DNA of 63,203 bases, counting the filler. It is 4 parts of 4 records of this genome, joined end to end, with 100 filler letters (N's around TTAATTAATTAA, not from the genome) between each part and the next. Parts side by side here need not be neighbours in the genome. Positions count along the whole stretch, not along the records: positions 59,760 to 63,203 come from SRR20825010_3588; 3 more parts are not named here. The stretch is one strand, 5' to 3'. Shown one piece after another: positions 61,574-63,203 of this stretch (positions are counted from its first letter, which is position 1; each line of letters starts with the position of its first letter). The notes under the pieces are model-generated. The model worked only from the letters and a program-made list of their open reading frames with translations, did not search any database and was not told where the DNA came from. Both the position numbers and the translations under genes were made by a program.

Positions 61574-63157
61574 CTAGTTCTTGCGCGCCGAAACGCTGCA
61601 CCCATTCGAGACGCTCAGACTCAGCGACCGGCCATCCGCCGACAAGGTGCCGTTGGCAGAGTTTGTCACCCAACCAAATGTCTCCGTCCCCGAGAAATTG
61701 CGGCCGCTCAATACGCCCCGCGTGGTGCCTGCGCCGGATGAGCCGCTGATCGTACCGGTAAAGGAATTGCCGCCCGCCGACCGATAAACGGTGGTTCCGG
61801 TTGCCTGCCCCAACGGACAGGTTGCCGTCCAGCGCCATGATCCGGCCATTGAATAGGTTGGCGCGGCGGGCTTGGGCGCCGCGACCGGCTCCGCGTCCCT
61901 AGATACCGGCTTGGGGGCCACCACGACCGGGGCGCAGACCGTCCCGGACCGCGCCCGGATCGCATCCAGCGCCTGCGCCGTGCCCAGATCGCTGACCTTC
62001 AGCGCCACATCGCTCTCCGCCAGAAAGCGGCGAAACGCCTCGCGCGTGCGCGGGCCCATGATCCCGTCCGGTGTGCCCGCGTCACAGCCCAGCGCGTTCA
62101 GTTGTGCTTGCGACTGACGCAGGATGTCACGACGGCTCGCCCCGGTATCAACAGGTTCCGCAACGGGTTCCGCAGCCGGAACCGCAACTGGTTCCGCAAC
62201 CGGCTCTTCAGCAGGCGGGACAAGCGCAGCAGCAGCCCGTTCTCCCCGCAGTTTCTCCAACTCCGCCAGCGCCTCGGCCAGCGCCTTTTCCGCGTCCAGT
62301 TTGTCGGCATCCGCTGCCGCTGGCGGCTGCACTGCCGCCGTCAATACATTGGACTGCGCCAGAATCTCGGCCATCGGCACCGCAAAATTCACCTCACCCG
62401 CACGGCTACCCGCATGGTGCAGCGCAATCACCTTTTGGCTGCCCGCGTCGATCACCGGAGAGCCGGAATTGCCCGGCAACGTATCGCAGGTATGCCGCAG
62501 CCGCTGTTTCGCCAAGGCCGGGCTGTCGGCCTGACATTTTTCGCGACTGATGCGCTGCGCCTCACCCATTGGGTGGCCGATCACCCAGAACGGATCGCGG
62601 TCCTGCGGCGCAGCCGCCGACAGTTCCAGCGCGCCGAATTCCGCATTGGCATCGCCCAGCACTTGCAGAACCGTGTAATCCAGCGCCTCGCTTGTCTCCA
62701 GCGGGACCGGGTTGACGTGGAAGGTCTTGACCCCGTCGTCCAGCCCGTCGCGCAGAAACCCCGCATGGAATTGCACCGCCGCGATACTGGTGGCCCCCTT
62801 TTCGATCATCTGGGGGTTTTTCAGGATACCGGGCACGCAATGGTGGTTGGTGATCAGCTTATTGCCCTCCACCAGAAAGCCGGTGCAGGGCGCGTGGCCC
62901 ACATTGGTCAGGATCTGCAACATCCCCACCGCGCGACCCGTGCGCGCAAAGACCGAATTCGGCCCATAGTTGGAAATGAACTCGTTGTTATAGGCCCCCA
63001 CCTGCGCCTCTAGCTGCACATCGCCCAGCAGGGATTCCGTCTGCGGCGCGACGACCTGCCCGAACGTGGACGGCGGGAACAGCATCAGATCCTGCGCCGG
63101 GGCGGTATTGGCATAGGCAATCAACAAAGCGGCGGCGGCAAGGCGAACAATCGACAT
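61574..63157 (-). CDS. Secreted trypsin-like serine protease with peptidoglycan-binding domain
   Basis: Signal peptide; TNHHC, LDYT, DTLPGNSGSPV triad motifs; QAQLNALGCDAGTPDGIMGPRT PG_binding_1-like domain. Confidence 0.88.
   Translation of the reverse strand: MSIVRLAAAALLIAYANTAPAQDLMLFPPSTFGQVVAPQTESLLGDVQLEAQVGAYNNEFISNYGPNSVFARTGRAVGMLQILTNVGHAPCTGFLVEGNKLITNHHCVPGILKNPQMIEKGATSIAAVQFHAGFLRDGLDDGVKTFHVNPVPLETSEALDYTVLQVLGDANAEFGALELSAAAPQDRDPFWVIGHPMGEAQRISREKCQADSPALAKQRLRHTCDTLPGNSGSPVIDAGSQKVIALHHAGSRAGEVNFAVPMAEILAQSNVLTAAVQPPAAADADKLDAEKALAEALAELEKLRGERAAAALVPPAEEPVAEPVAVPAAEPVAEPVDTGASRRDILRQSQAQLNALGCDAGTPDGIMGPRTREAFRRFLAESDVALKVSDLGTAQALDAIRARSGTVCAPVVVAPKPVSRDAEPVAAPKPAAPTYSMAGSWRWTATCPLGQATGTTVYRSAGGNSFTGTISGSSGAGTTRGVLSGRNFSGTETFGWVTNSANGTLSADGRSLSLSVSNGCSVSARKN
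62151..62210. repeat. Five degenerate 12-bp tandem units encoding an (A/E)EPV linker
   Basis: acaggttccgca-acgggttccgca-gccggaaccgca-actggttccgca-accggctcttca. Confidence 0.75.
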
Positions 63158-63203
63158 CTGAAAAGCGGACTCCGGGCATAGGATTCGCACAGCAGTCTAA
63201 CAC

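Overview
The window is four separate contigs joined by artificial 100-nt spacers (44 N + TTAATTAATTAA + 44 N at 23685-23784, 37902-38001 and 59660-59759), so no gene context crosses a spacer. Contig 1 (1-23684) is a gammaproteobacterial, Alcanivorax-like core region. It holds an ATT-initiated infC fragment, a MarR/flavin monooxygenase/MFS (arsenic-resistance-like) cassette at the guaA 3' end, guaAB, xseA, a TonB receptor/periplasmic protein/hybrid kinase operon, der-bamB-yfgM-hisS-ispG-rodZ-pilW-rlmN-ndk and a sufB fragment. Contig 2 (23785-37901) looks betaproteobacterial (Limnobacter-like). It holds a Sel1 protein, an uncalled 42-aa four-cysteine microprotein, an Ala/Gly symporter, a DUF4331/lipoprotein/TonB receptor/DUF4198 cluster, a ParD-like/zeta-like pair, a lipase and divergent phoX/phoD. 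Contig 3 (38002-59659) has a similar style. It holds a corrinoid salvage operon, a four-gene operon coupling an HMW1C/NGT-like protein glycosyltransferase to amino-sugar enzymes (the top candidate for an undescribed system), uppP, an atypical photolyase-family protein, TetR/lipoprotein/DUF1329, yaeQ, a flavin reductase and GntR/HAD. Contig 4 (59760-63203) is high-GC and Rhodobacteraceae-like, with cbiQO and a secreted trypsin-like protease carrying a peptidoglycan-binding domain. Taxonomic and family assignments come from motif recognition, not database searches.
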